Shown piece after piece: positions 12,375 to 26,931 of a stretch of 64,000 nt of DNA. The DNA is from the human T2T-CHM13v2.0 reference genome, Homo sapiens: NCBI RefSeq assembly GCF_009914755.1, contig NC_060942.1; one strand, 5' to 3'. A program made the position numbers and the translations under genes. The notes below the pieces were generated by a model, which saw only the letters and a list, made by a program, of their open reading frames with translations, made no database searches and was not told the origin of the DNA. Within the stretch, counting starts at the first letter, position 1; each line of letters opens with the position of its first letter.

Positions 12375-12694
12375 CCAGAGTCAGGATGGCTTCATACAAT
12401 TTCTAAAACAGTTCTTTAACACTGTACCGACTGCCAGAGATTTGGTGAACAACAGCTGCGGCAGATTTTGTAAGCTAAATGTCCAGTCCACCACTCTCCT
12501 GACTTGATATTTGCCAGAAGTAACCAAAGGGCTTCTCACTTCTTCATACCTCCACCTGTCTGTCAAAAGTCTCTTGCTTTGCGGTGCTTCACGTTACCTT
12601 GCACTGACCCTGAAGCTGTGCCCTCTGCTCACAAAGCCCTTGACTAGTGTGGTGACTGGAGTCTAAATTTGTGAATAGCATTTGGACATATCTT
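12375..12694 (-). pseudogene. Gene B exon (YWTD-like, frameshifted)
   Basis: catttag|A; VQMLFTNLDSSHHT resembles LRP 'IxxAxLDGSxR'; later KPFGYFW and GSRYSVKELF*KLYEAILTL; unique, GC-raised island. Confidence 0.45.
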
Positions 12695-12923
12695 CTAAAT
12701 GTTTTGTGTGTGAATAAAAGAATAATAGATACAAAATCATATGATCTCATTATAACCCTCTTGAAATATTCTCTCAGATCAACTTTTTTGCAAAAATATG
12801 TCAAGAAATGAAATTGAACAATTAGATTTTTTCTGACACTTTATGTTGTCCTTGTACAAGTCATAACTAAATGCTTAAGAGAAAGTGAGTATTTAAAGAT
12901 AAGAGTAATGTGAAAATAAGTCC

Positions 12924-13288
12924 TGATATCATTTGGCTGTGTCCCCACCCAAATCTCACCTTGAATTGTAGTTCCCATAATCCCCATGTGTCATCGGAGG
13001 GACCCAGTCAGAGGTAATTGAATCATAGGGCAGTTACCTCTCTGCTGCGCTCCTGATAGTGAGTGAGTTCTTGAAAGATCTGATGGTTTTATAAAGGGGA
13101 GTTCCCCTGCACATGTTCTTTAGGCCTGCTGCCATGTAAGACATGCCTTTGCTCCTCCTTTGAGTTCAGCCATGATTGTGAGGCCTCCCCAACCATGTGG
13201 AACTGTGAGTCCATTAAACTTCTTTTTCTTTATAAATTACCCTGTCTCAGGTATGTCTTTATTAGCAGCATGAGAACAGACTAATACA
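12924..13288 (+). mobile_element. THE1B/C solo LTR
   Basis: tgatatcatttggctgtgtccccacccaaatctc...gactaataca. Confidence 0.92.
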
Positions 13289-13481
13289 AAGTGCTTTGTA
13301 CGATTTAGCAATAGCCATGCTAACACACTACATTGCAACAGAGTTTAATGAAACGTGGTGTGATTTTTGGTAACCATAGGTGTAAAGGGGAGCAAACAGG
13401 CAAGACCATGGGATACAGCAGCAAAATGTGTGTGTGCATTTGTGTATGCACACACACACGCATGTGTGTACACATATGGTA

Positions 13482-13990
13482 TGCTGGGGCACAAGACCTA
13501 AAATTAAGGCCTGATGTTATGTGTGCCTTGACACCTAGGGAGAACTGGGATGCCTAGGAAAAACTTGGGGGCCTAACCGCAAGTTCTGGGCCTTTCTCTG
13601 TTGAAAGTCCCCAGCTACACATCCTTCTTTGTCATGGAGACCAGCACAGTGCTTGCCTATCCCTGAATTAGAGGCTGCAGTTCCTGGCCAGCCTAGTTAT
13701 TCAGACAAGCCAATCTCATCACTTACAGGAAGTAGGTCCATGCCACCCTCTTGTTACTACAGAGCTGGCCTTCCCCAGTCCTTGCTTTCTCACTGTCTTT
13801 CTTAACGCAGCCCCTGTGTGGTCCTGCAGGCCATGCAGTGTCCTCCTCTCCCAGGCTGTGTATACGTGTGACTAATTCACTGCTGCCAATCTCACCTGCC
13901 CAGTGCTGGGTGCTTTGAGTTCAGCCACCCCCATAACCCTCAGGTGGGAACCCTCCTTCCCCAGTGAGTGAAGAGGAAGTCATCAAAACT
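13482..13990 (+). mobile_element. ERVL LTR, MER73/MER74/MER54 group
   Basis: aaaattaaggcctgatgttatgtgtgccttgaca...ggcctaaccgcaagttc. Confidence 0.6.
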
Positions 13991-16758
13991 TGTGGATCTT
14001 CATGTATGTTTGTAAATTGAGATTCCACAGGTTTTTCTTATATACACATTTTCTCCTTGAACCAAAAGTTAAAATTTAGAATTTGTTACTAAGATGCTGT
14101 CTTTGTTCTTGTTTCAGAATTGTGTAAAGGTTGTTTCCTTGCAAGAATTGTGAGTGTTCCTTAAAGAGAACTGGCAGGGTCACACCTCCATGCTGCAGCC
14201 AAATGATCAAATGATAATTTTAAAGACTTTTTCATGAGGGATCCAATGATAAGAGACAGAGGAGAAATGTCCTGTTCTAAAAATTGTAGGGCACATAAGT
14301 AATGACCAATAAGTAGATAATTTGCAATGAGCGCTACATAATGCTTTTGTCTAAGATATTTCCTTGCAATAAAGTTGTCTTATCCATCAGATTATGAACT
14401 GATTTGTAATATGAAATAGTCCAAGGTTAAAATTCAACTACTCAGGCAAGCATGATTAAGTTGGAGTGATTTGAAGTGTGCCAGAAAATTCCACATGTAC
14501 AAACATTTCTTACTTTGCTGACATAATGCCTGGAACTCCTACCATTATGTCAAATTCTTTCTGAATGATTCATTCAGAAAAACCCTGATAAAAGAAATAT
14601 ATCATCTAGTATAAGCAGTAAGTTGTTAAAAATTTATCTTTCATAGCTAAGTGCAGCATTCTCAGGGGAAGTTGTTGAGGAGAGAAGGATTTAATGTAAG
14701 TGAAGAAAAAAGAGAGAAAGGAATGTCATCTAGCATTTGTGGCTCAGGTGGGGATACTGTAGCTTGCCTGGCATGATGAGGTCAAAATCAGTGATGACTG
14801 ATGTCACAGGTAAGAAGACTGCTAAAGACAAATGACACCCATATCCTAAGGACAAATTCCACATAATTACTCCTGGGCACTTAAAACACGTATTTGAAGT
14901 CAACTGTGTTTTAACACATAATAATATTAATATACCTAATAATATTAATATCATTGAATTATTGTGGGAATCAAATAAGACACCTTGTACAAAGCATCCT
15001 TTGCAATCAATTCTCAATAAAAGTCAGTTATGTTGTGCTTTTGAGTATCACTTGCACTACACATTAAAAACAATGAACTTTGTTTTTCTTTCTACAACTG
15101 AATCTTCTTCATTGTCTTTCTGTCTCCCAAGAGTGAGGGACAAATCTCTCTACTATCTTTCCACACCTACCTACGACCATTTATGTTTTGTCTAATCCAG
15201 TAACCTTGTCCCAAACCAATAATTTTAAGTATTTAAATGTACATCTAATTTTCTTTAGGTATTTAATTTATTGTGCATAAATATCCAGACTTTTAGTCAC
15301 CTCTCAAGTCTTGTTCTCCCTTCCAATACGGTGTCTGCGTCTAAGGAAGGCAGGTAAGAGCTTCTGTGATTTCATAGAAGGGCTTCTTAATTCCACCCCT
15401 AGCCATCCTGAAAAATACACTTTTCATCTAAAATTTCTCAGCCTAATGGGATGATACACACATACTGATTCTATGTAATCTAAACCTCTAGACCTATTAA
15501 AGCTTTTCTTAAAGAAAAGTTTCATTGTTGAGAAATTCCTCTTTGCCAAAGTGTCTGTCTTTCAAAACCTATTCTTTCATTCAAAAGTCTACTTAGCACT
15601 GAGACTCATTTCCCCTAGTATCTCTGATCAGAATGGAATGATCCTCTCATCCCTGGAACAGTAAATCTGATGGCTTAGCCTTTACAGAAAGCTGAATGAA
15701 AACGTAATATGGAAAAACATAACCATAAACAAACAGGTTAGTATTTGCATAATTCATTGCTCTTGCAAATATTAATGCTTATTAACAATTATGATATTCA
15801 GATATACTCCCTGAGAAAAAAAAAGTAGCTGCTTTATATGAAAATGTAATGATTCAACTTGAAAAACCTCAAGTTACTGTCCTTCAAACCAGCAGTCAAG
15901 TGCATTGTCTAACCAAAAGCAGTATAAAACTTTAAAAAAGTCTAGTTGTGTGAATGAATCATAAATTTCTCAGGCCAGATGGTATTAAGTCATAGCCTGC
16001 CAAATATCTACATCATTTACAGTACTACAGTAAATGAAATTAGCACTAGTTGGCACTTTGAATTGTCAAGTGTTAATTTGCTAGACATTCACAATCTTCC
16101 TTATGCTTGCTGCATTATAGTAGCTGATTTTATAGGTACTGTTTTAAGAGTTTTAAGAATGTATTAACATGTTTTTCTCTGAGATCACGTTAGTCTTTCA
16201 TAGGTATCTGAGTACCTCTTTAGAGATATACACAAACACGAAGTTACGGGGGGAAAACTTTGGAATGAAGACTCTGACACTTTGAATTTTCATGGTGGTT
16301 ATGCTACCAACTTGTATCACTTGGGTCTGTCCCTTCAATACTCTGGACTCCAGCTCACCATAGGACATTAATGACCAGGGGAAGCTTCAGTGGTTCCTTT
16401 CAGGTATAGTATTCTGTGATTATGAAATTTTATTCTAAGGTTGATTTTGACTCAAGACCAGCCTTGTCTTCAAACATTTTTCTACCCCGTGTCTAAAATG
16501 TCTATTTGCTATATAAAAGGCTGTGGTCAGTGCCTTTTGCAGTTGGGCAAGCATGTCAAGACATAATTGAGATTTTATTTAAAAAATATATTTTTTTTCC
16601 TAGAAAACTCATGTACATGCAAAATCTTGCATCCTAACTTAAAGGTTTACAAAGTCCCTAAACTCCATATGTAGAGACTTACGGAATCATAAAAACCATG
16701 ATAAGATACCTTTGGTCTCCTTGTGTGAGGCATTATTTAAAAGAACCTCCAGAACCTA

Positions 16759-16783
16759 CACACACACACACACACACACACAC
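16759..16783. repeat. (CA)n microsatellite
   Basis: direct read. Confidence 0.95.
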
Positions 16784-16944
16784 ATGCACAAACACACATT
16801 CTATGTGTACATATACATAGTATATGCATTCAAAAATATATATGTGATATGTGCAAAATTGCATACACACATATGCACTCTTCGATCAGTTATCATTGCT
16901 AAAGATTAGTCAGTGACTACCATCAGCTCAAGAATTTCCTTTTC

Positions 16945-17328
<384 letters not shown>

Positions 17329-17677
17329 TTACTTTATGTGTTCATATCCTGGCACTGTTTTTGACATTCTACATAGATGAAGAGTAAACCTATAATACAT
17401 CTGCATGTTGCGTATTGTTTTCCCCTGTAAACATATAGAAAACTCAGGAACAAAGATTTTCAGTGATGTTTCCTGTCCAAGGTCACCTGGTTAGAATATG
17501 ACAGTTGAGTTCATAGCATAGACTCACTGTGACCCAGTGTCTTTTCTTCTCCATCACACTAGTATTTTTAGTTAGAGAAAACTAATGGAATGAACTTTTC
17601 TATTGCTTCAGTTCTCCGCAGATCCTATGAAGTAGGTTTGGGATAGGGAGCAGGTATCTATAGGATTTTCTACCTAC

Positions 17678-17914
17678 CTGGTTATTCTGTCATACTGCAG
17701 AGCTACGGACTGAGTCTCTGGAGAAGGGAAATAGGATGGCAGGATGCCCAGTACCAGGAGGTATCTAGCAGGGCAGTTGAGAGGCTGTTCTACTGGAGAA
17801 GAAGCTGTCTTGCAAATGCAGCTTCTGGCATCTTGGGAAAGTATAGCATCTCCTCAGCAGTTCTGACTCATCCACCAAGCCTCCTGTTTTTCTCCTTCTG
17901 TCACCCATAAAAAT
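17678..17914 (-). pseudogene. Gene B exon (propeller end, EGF remnant, propeller start)
   Basis: cctcacag|A...CAG|gtaggt, 237 bp, one stop: FLWVTEGEKQEAWWMSQNC*GDAILSQDARSCICKTASSPVEQPLNCPARYLLVLGILPSYFPSPETQSVALQYDRIT. Confidence 0.7.
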
Positions 17915-17921
17915 CTGTGAG

Positions 17922-17923
<2 letters not shown>

Positions 17924-17959
<36 letters not shown>
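17924..17959. repeat. (GT)18 microsatellite
   Basis: direct read. Confidence 0.97.
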
Positions 17960-17961
<2 letters not shown>

Positions 17962-18089
17962 TTGGGGCCATGAAAAAAGTGACTTGGCCTCCAATATGAA
18001 CTGTCCCTCCCTCTCAGCCAACCTAAGTGGCACTTCTAAGTGCAGGGGAATATGTATGTGGTTTCTGAGAGGGAGGATGAAAAAATTAC

Positions 18090-18171
18090 TTGCTTATCAT
18101 TAAGGGATAGGAAGCCAAATGAATCATCTCCTGGAGCTGCTTTCTGCTCTCAGAAGGATAGTTCCGGGTTT
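18090..18171 (-). pseudogene. Gene B exon
   Basis: ctgtcctag|AA...AA|gtaatt, 82 bp, phase 1-2: TRNYPSESRKQLQEMIHLASYPLMISK; in phase with the next exon. Confidence 0.5.
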
Positions 18172-18499
18172 CTAGGACAGAAGTCTTGCTTTAGGCAGGA
18201 AACCTTGTAAGTTCTCCCATTTCTACTGGCCTTCCTGACAACTTGTGTATCTTCCTAAATTGAATATGACTATATATATAAAATTTTTATTTCACTTTTC
18301 TGTGCCTCTGTCCTTACTTTAGCCAAGTAGAAGAAACAGTAATTTCTTCTTGCAGGTATTAGTTTTTTACCATTAGATTTAAACTGGGAATAGAAATTAT
18401 ACATAGTTTAATCATTATCAAATATTTATGTGGCTTATGTAACACTAATGCTTTTAATTTATATTTCATCAGAAAGGGAATTGTTCTTATTTTTTACTC

Positions 18500-18725
18500 A
18501 AGAATTTTATGGCACTTACCAGGTACCAGTTAATGTTTCAAATATTTTACAAATATTAACTCATTGTATTTCCCACCAATCAGGCAGGAAGATCCTGTTC
18601 TTATCTCCAGGGGGAACTGAGGCACAGTTAATCTCACTATTATGCCCAGGCTCACACAGTGAGTCAATGGTAGGGCTGGGCTTCAAACCCAGGCAGTTGG
18701 GCTTCATTAGGTTTTACACTAATCA
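18500..18725 (-). mobile_element. MIR SINE
   Basis: ggggaactgaggcacag...gcccaggctcacacagtgagtcaatggtagggctgggcttcaaacccagg. Confidence 0.8.
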
Positions 18726-18759
18726 TGAAATTGAGCACATCCCAATGGAAGTAGGAAAC

Positions 18760-19632
18760 TGTGATAGGCAGAATGATACCCCCTCCAAAGATGTCTACAG
18801 CCTAATTATTCTTAGACACACAAATTGCTAGGTTCCATGGCAAAGAGGAATTAAAATTGCAGGTAGAACTCATGGTACTTAGTTACTTAGGTATATTAGT
18901 GTGTTCTCACACCTAAGACTGAGTAGTTTATAAAGGAAAGAGGTTTGATTGACTCATGGTTCAGCATGGCTGTGGAGGCCTCAGGAAATTTACAATCATG
19001 GTGAAAGGAGAAGCAAACACATCCTTTTTCACATGGTGGCAGCAAGGAGAAGTGCTGACCAAAATGGGGAAAAGCCCCTTATGAAACCATCAGATCTTTT
19101 GAGAACTCACTCACTATCATGAGAACAGCAGCATGGGGGTAACTGCCCTCAATTATTTTCCACCAGGTTCCTCCTAGGACAAATGGGGATTATGGAAATT
19201 ACAATTCAACATGAGATTTACGTTGAGACACAGCCAAACCATATCATTAGGTGCTAACTAATGTTTTCTCAGTTGTCTTTGAAACAGGGGAATTAAACTG
19301 GATTAACTGGATTGGTCCAGTGTAATCACAAGGAGTTTTATAAATGAAAGAGAGCACAGGGAGGGTCAGAGTCAAAGAGGGAGATATGACAACAGAAGCA
19401 GAGGTCACAATAAGGTGGGACCACGAGACAATGTAAGCAGGAAGCTTCTAGAAGCTGAAAAAGGCAAGGAAAAGGATTATTCCCTAAAGACTCCAGAAGT
19501 AATACAGCCCTGCAGTCCTATTTTAGACTTCTAACGTCCATAATTATAGGATAACATGTTTTTCTCATTTCAAGTGAGATATTTTTTTTTAATTTGTGAG
19601 ATTTTTTCTACAGCAGAAAATGAAATAAGACA
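18760..19632 (+). mobile_element. MLT1D-type LTR interrupted by THE1D
   Basis: tgtgataggcagaatg...ctagaagctgaaaaaggcaaggaaa. Confidence 0.8.
18892..19246 (-). mobile_element. THE1D solo LTR
   Basis: gaagcaaacacatcctttttcacatggtggcagcaaggag; perfect TSD ttagg. Confidence 0.93.
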
Positions 19633-22039
19633 AAAAAATTAATTATCTCCAAATGTGTTCAAGTTAAAAACATGAAACTCAAAGTTCAGGTTTATCATTT
19701 ACCAGGTGTGTGAACCTGAAGCAATTACTTAATCTTTCGGAGTCTTGGTTAGCCTTTCTGTAGAGTGAAGAAAGGTGTATTTACTTTATATGATTATTAA
19801 AGCTGGGTTGTCACAAAGTAAAAAAAAAGGCACTGCCTGAAACCCAACTTTACTTTTTAAGTGAAAGTTTCCCTCTGGAATTGTGCAGAAGATTAAAATA
19901 GCTAGCATATGTACAGTCTTGTATGATTGTTAAAATAGATAGCAAATGCAAAGCATCTTCTCCAGAACACTGAAATAGAGGATATACTCAAATAATAGCT
20001 ATGATGATGATAATTACTAATAGAACATTAGTGGATGATATAGGAATTTAATCAGAGAGCTAGGATACATGGTGAAAAGTATCTGTATTAAAGTGTTTTG
20101 GAAGCCAACTAGACTTCAAATTCAATTCCAATACACTCTAGTTGTATGATATGGAAAAAGTTTCTTTGTATGTTAAACCTTCTAGAAATGCTAAGCTTTT
20201 AAGGTTGATGGAGGTCTAGTAGAGTTGACATAGTAGGGTGCCTAGGATGTAGTAGGCACTCATGAAATGTTTTCTGCAGGATTATAATTCTCTATGTACT
20301 TCATGCCACAGTTAACTGTAGATATTACACAAAAAAACTCCCAACAACTATCCACTCTTTTAAGTAATGGCAACATTTTGGAATCTTCCACTATGGTCCC
20401 AATCCAGTATGGCTCTTATATATGTTATTTGTTCTCAATAATACTGAATATCTACTAGTATTCAAAATCAAAAAAATATATAGTGATTCTGACAAAACAG
20501 AGTGATCTACAGCTACATCAATAGCTGAAAAATATCACTAATATAGTACTGGAATTGGAAGTTGCAATGAAAAGTGACAGCCATTGTAGCCTGGTGCATA
20601 TCTATCAATAGTTCACCTCATTAATACTGTCAGCTAATATTGATTTCAAGGAGAGTGATTATATGCTAAAATGACAGCTGCATAACTGATTCTGCTAGGG
20701 CAGGAAAAGCAGAATGAAAGTCAACTACCCATCCCTCCCATAGCACTTTATGAACGAACTTTCTGATCAGTACTATATTCTTGGCGTAAAGTTCACCTTG
20801 AGTTATTTACAATGAATAAAAGAAAAGTGATTTTAGAGAAACGTCAAAATTCATCTGTCCCCAAATTATTTATTTTTCTAGTATTTTGATATTATCTTAT
20901 GAACAAAATTTTTACAACGAAGTAAATAATCCTAATTATATATTTATAAATGTCTCAAGTTCTTAAGTTTCATTCAGTGCTAATGAATCCACCATGTGAC
21001 TCATCTCCCAATTACACTTAGAAGTGTAACAGATTTTGTTCAGAATGTTCAATTACTAGATGTTCATTTCAGTTTTGATACCTAGTGAACATTTCATCAG
21101 GGACCTGAAAAATGTCTTTGAATGAGGAGAATGTATGTCTCTGTAATCAGCATCATTTGATAACAATAATTAGAAATAACTAATGTTGATAAAAACAGCA
21201 CAATGTCACTTTCCTATGAAATTGAGTCATTTTAGACTTCTTGACAATGAAAAAAGTCAGCTTTATTTTTTCTGGAATTTTTTAAAATTGTGGTTGTTCT
21301 TTTTAATAATGCCAAACTATTCTTTTAAAGTACTTTCATAATAATGAATATTTAATGTGTATAAATATGAAATGTGCGATATTGTCTATTAATTCAGCAA
21401 TGGCTCCTTTTATAGGACTTCATTATCTATGGATGCATATGAGTGTTTATGTGTTGCAGTAACAGTAGTAGTCACAGACATAAAAACATTTGCACCATCA
21501 CTCTATCCCACTCAAACAAAAAATAAACAGAAATGCAGGATAGTTATTTTTGTTTGCTCATTCTTAATGACCAATTTCTTTGATTATCCTGTGAACTCAA
21601 GACATTTACTGGCATGGTCATAGTTCCTTGTATAGAAATCATAATTAGCATTTACTTGAAATAGCAATGCAACATTCTAATTAGTATGACCTCTTTTCTA
21701 AAAACTATCTCTGTGAAGATCTTTCTGATGTGGTGGTTGTGTTATTACCCTCAACATTAAGATGACAGCAATTCCTAGTTAAAATACGAATTTCCTCTAA
21801 AATGAAGATTGAGGCTGTCAAGGTCCATTGATGTATACCAGCATTAGTGGCTAAAACCTCAAAGAGAAATTGAGCATTTAAATAGCCTCAATCATCTTCT
21901 TCCACAATTATATTAATAACTTAATAATTTTTATGCATGTTCATGCAGACTTTAATATTCTTCTCTGTAGGAGGTGAAGCTTACTGCACTCGCCAGTTCC
22001 CTGAGTGTAAGTTGGATTTACGGATAAGCTTCTAAGTAC

Positions 22040-22273
22040 GGAAAGAGAAAAGCAGTAATTTTATAGTGGAGAAACATGGCAGTCATCAGCTTAATGAAGT
22101 GATCAAGGTTAACACCTCTAGTAATTACTCATGTTGATATATTACATGCACCTGATATGATGAGATGAGCACACAGAGCATGTTTGACACTCTTCCCCAA
22201 ATCCATGATCTCACCTCAGTATAATCATTTAAAAAGTTAGACAAATCCAAATCTAGGGACATTCTACAAAATA
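22040..22273 (+). mobile_element. L1MC/ME 3' fragment
   Basis: agtggagaaacatggcag...aagtgatcaaggttaaca...gggacattctacaaaata. Confidence 0.7.
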
Positions 22274-23045
22274 CAAGGTGACTTCCAAAAGTTTGTGAAA
22301 AAATAAAATTGAAAGATAAAAACGAAAATTATAAACTTAGTATCTCAACATATTCTCTATCAAGCTCAAGGTACTTTTTAAAACAATGATATCACTCATT
22401 TAGTCCACCTTTAAAGAACTGAGGGTCCTAGAATTTTAAACATGTCAATGCAGTCTAGTTTATATTATTTGCTGAAGAAAAATAAATGCCATAATTTTTT
22501 TTAAGATTAGAAAACAAAAAGAAGTCAGGAAAAGCCAATTCAGGACTGTAAGGTGTGTGCCTTATGATTTCCAATCAAAACTCTTAGAAAATTTTCCTTG
22601 TTTGATGAGCACAATAAGCAGGAGCATTGTCATGGTGGAAAAATAATCTCTCGTGAAGCCTTCCCAGGCATTTTCCTGCTAAAGTGTTGGCCAATTTTCT
22701 CAAAACACTCTTATAATAATCAGATGTTATCATTATTTGACCCTCCAGAAAGTCATCAAGAAAAATGCCTTGAGTATCCCAAAAAACTGTTGCTGTAAAC
22801 TTTGCTCTTGACTGGCCTCCTTTGTTGTGACTGGACCAACTCTACCTCTTGGTAGCCATTGCTTTGATTGTGTTTTATGTTCAGGATTGTATTGGTAAAG
22901 CTATGTTTCACCTTCCATTACAATTCTTCAAAAAAAAAAAAAAAAAAGAGAAAATGACCTTGATTAAAATGTCCTGATTAAAATTGGGACCTTTATTAAA
23001 ATGTCCATTGAAATCTCTTCTCTTGTTTGCAGATGATCTGAGTGT
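22274..23045 (-). mobile_element. HSMAR2 mariner DNA transposon (3' part, dead transposase)
   Basis: TA then TIR-like caaggtgacttccaaaagtttgtgaaaaa; minus strand reads HHDNAPA and HTPYSPELAFPDFFLFSNLK (mariner YSPDLAP motif). Confidence 0.9.
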
Positions 23046-24479
23046 TTCTAGTAATTAGGAGTTTTTTCTTGAAAAGGGTGCATGTGTGTTTGTTCAGGAA
23101 TTTATGCCAGGATAAAAACTATGCAAATTAACTCTATCTAGGTTACCAAATCAAAATAGTGAAAGGCTGGGGCTAAGTGAAGATGGTCAGAATCTATAAG
23201 GCACTGATAAAATAAAGAATGAAAAACAACCATGCCACCCAGGGAAGTCCTGTGAACTGAGAATCACAGAGGCTATTGTAGTTACCTACTATATAGTATA
23301 GGGGCCTGTATGGTGGTTTTAAGTAGAGCTTAACACCACATAGAAAATGGCTTGGAACCAGACGAGAGTGGAAAATATTTACCTTTCCATTTGAAAGTCA
23401 AAGAGAACTGAATTTACACAAAGAATGAAGCACAGCTGGATGTAAGTCAGAGCATATGTCCACAGGTCAGTTCATGACCTAGGTATGGAGTGGGGGATGG
23501 GTAATGAAGCTTGAATTAAAGGAAAAGGTCCAGCCAAATGTCACCTAGAGCTAGCTTTAATAAGGATGCTTATCAATGGTGTGTCAGTGCATAGACTTGA
23601 AGCAAAAAAAATAGTATCCACTCAGGTCTCAATGCGACCAACTTAAATTTTCTCTTTCATTCTTTCTTTACCAGTAAAAATGTAAGTAAACATATTTCAA
23701 GACTTAAGAAAAACTATTAGAACATTCAAAATAGTTATAAAAAATAAGTACATGATTCATAGCTAGACCAGCCAGACACGAAACTGTTAGATTCTGAAAG
23801 ACTGATAATAAAATATTGTCATGGCATTAGTCAGTGTGTGTAGAATAGGCTAATGCCCAGGTTAACTGGGGTGAATAATCAATGCAATATTTATGAAAAC
23901 ATATGTTTAGCAATAAAATTGACTTTAAGTTGCTTGTGTTAAATAATCTATATGGTAAAAGCATTTACATATTTGGCTGATATTCCTATTCCAATATTGT
24001 ATTTTTTATTTGCCTACCTTTTCCTTTTTAATTTTTAAAGATAAAATGTCTTTAACACTTGCTAGCCAAATGATTCATGGTCATTACAAAAATTTCCAAA
24101 AACACAAGAAAGTAAAAAGCTGAAAAAGGAAAGTTGACTGTACATCTTCCCAGATACGATTTTATACTTATGTAAAGAGAAAAAGAGGGATGCATTGAAA
24201 GATCAAGAAATGGAATGTTGAAGTAACTGATGAACAAACTGGTTAGATAGACACAGTCAACAATAGAAGCAACGTATGTCATCTTAATTAAAGCATTTTT
24301 ATTCAAATTAAATATTTTATAAAGCTAATTGCAAAACAATTTGCATATAATTGAAAGAGTTGCTGGATTTCATCCATTTGTTTCATCATCCTAAGAGTTA
24401 TTAAATTTTAAGAGATTTCTCTAAGTTTAAGAAGAAAATCACAAAAATATCCTTATGAAATATTGGTCATAAAGCTTTG

Positions 24480-25060
24480 ATTTTAAAATATTTTTGATTA
24501 TTAATATTATATCCAACATTCATAATTAATATAATTAATTTTCTATAAAATATTTTTGTGTATTAATATTACATATAATATTAACAATTAATATAAGTAA
24601 TATTATACTAATTATCTATTCTATTATATATTAATATATAATATATTTATATTCTAAACATGAATATATAGAATATTAAAATTATTATACATAATATATA
24701 ATATACAAGTATTCTTTACAAGTATATATTAATATCATATATGTTTATGTATATTAACAAATTTTATGTTAAAAATGTGAGAATTCTGTAAAAAATAAAA
24801 AAGTAATTATGTATAAATATATATTTTTATATTTATAATTTTATATTTATATTTAATTTTATATTTATATAATTGATATATAAATATTAATACTATTAAT
24901 TTGTTAAGTTTTAATATGTAATATTTAACACATTAATAATACTGGTAAATATATAAGTATACTATACATTTATATAGTTTTATAATTGATATAATTATTA
25001 TATATTAATTTTTTATATTTATTTGACCCTTTTAACATTAAAAATGTAGTTAGAATTATG
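24480..25060. repeat. Extremely AT-rich low-complexity tract
   Basis: about 580 bp almost free of G/C; followed by (GA)n at 25083-25102. Confidence 0.9.
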
Positions 25061-26099
25061 TAAAATATGTAGAGATAAATAAAGAGAGAGAGAGAGAGAG
25101 AGACAGCTATGAAAGATAACAAAATTGTCCCACTAATTTTCCTTCTCTATTCCTTGAATATAATGTTTATGATTTTGCCTTTTCATAGTTTACAGCCTTT
25201 ACATTGTGCTGTGTGGCCATGATTTCTACAATTACTTAGTCTTATTTATATCTAAAAATAAATTCAATATTTATTCCCAGTTTTTTCATGGATTCTGTAT
25301 TTCTAAATTATTTTTAATATTTACCACTTTATTAATTCTATTGAAATTGTCTAGCTAATATTTTTGTTTATTTTTATTCGTTTCCCCTGAGACTTGCTAA
25401 TTGTTTTTGATTCACTGAGTTATTGCATGTGTAAAAATGAATTTTTCAGCTTAGAATTAAAATCCTGAGATATCACTTCCTAATCCTTAGAAATTTCCCC
25501 GTTATTATGTCTTTCTTCTGAAACTGTGTGTTGTTTTAGAATGTATCAACCATTCAGTCATTCAATAAGTATTTTACTGATTGCCTACTATAGGATCTCA
25601 AGTTCCTTGTTCTAGGAACAAGAGGAAAACAATAAACCAAATACACAAAATCGTTTCACTTAGAGGTCACATTCTAAGGAAGGAAAACAAAAACAGATGA
25701 GTAAAAAGAACATCAATTTAGGTCATACATGATTAGCTCTTGGCTCCTGTCCTCTGCCTCACCACAATTCTCAAGCTGGACTTGGCTAATGTTTCTACCT
25801 TGAGTTGAAGGGTGAAGGGAGAGAGTACAAAGGTGTCCTAGGAAATCATAAGCAGCTCCTTCTCAGAAAGGGAACGGGCAGAATTCCCAGGCCCTCTTTG
25901 TTCTCCCAGCCCGACTCTCCAATCAAGCAAATGGTGGTCATCTGAACACAAGATTCTTGAGATGACTGCTCCTCTCCTGCAAGTCAGCACCCATAATCTT
26001 TCCTATCCATATCTAAGCTACAGCCTACATATACCATTAGGTGGCAACAAACTCTAACTGAAACCATGGCAGATTTGAAAACCCTACAAGACCCTACAA

Positions 26100-26515
26100 G
26101 ATAGATAATAACAAATGTTGGAGAAGATTTTAAGAAGTTGAATCCTCCACACATTGTTGGTTGCAATATAAAATGGTACAGTCACTTTGGAAGACAGTTG
26201 AAAAGTTGTTGAAAACAATGAACATACAGTCACCATATGACCCAGAAATTTCATTTCTAGGTACATACCCCAGGAAAAAAAAAAGAAAAGAAAAAGGAAA
26301 CATATGCTCCACAAAAGCTTTTATACAAATGTTCGTGGTGCCATTTTTCCTAATAGCCAACAAGTGGGAAACAACCCAAAGTCCATCAACTGATGAACAG
26401 ATAAACGAAAGGACTGAGACACACTATAATGTACGTGAACCATAGAAACACTGTGCTAAGTGAAATAAGCCAGTCATAAAAGGCCAGACATTGTATAATC
26501 CTGTTTATTTGAATA
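26100..26515 (+). mobile_element. L1M (MB/MC/ME) 3' fragment
   Basis: aaatggtacagtcactttgg...caacccaaagtccatcaactgatgaacagataaac. Confidence 0.8.
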
Positions 26516-26887
26516 TTTCCTTTGTTTTCTTGCTTTCATTAAAATGTGTGCTTTCCTTGAAGATACAGTTTCTCCATCTAATATTTTGTAGAAGCTGTTT
26601 AATTTCACTTTTCTGAAATAGCTTTTCTACCACTGGGTCTGGAAGTAGCAAAGACATTCTTTGTGTTCTTCATTGTCTGTTCTAGGCTCTTCTTCCTCCA
26701 TCGTCCGTAAATAACACCAAGAGTGAATCTCCTGTTATCAGATTACATCATCTATCTTCCATCTTTGGTTCAAATATCTTATTTATTACTTCTCTGCCTC
26801 TTCAAACTTAGTTTAATTGATGAACATATTAACTAGCATAAAATTGTCATGTAAAATTCTAAATTAATCACTTAGTTTCCAGGAATT

Positions 26888-26888
<1 letters not shown>

Positions 26889-26928
<40 letters not shown>
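26889..26928. repeat. (GT)20 microsatellite
   Basis: direct read. Confidence 0.97.

Positions 26929-26931
<3 letters not shown>

Noticed and set aside
22598-22798. Plus-strand 66-aa ORF
   Set aside because: Antisense to the dead HSMAR2 transposase.
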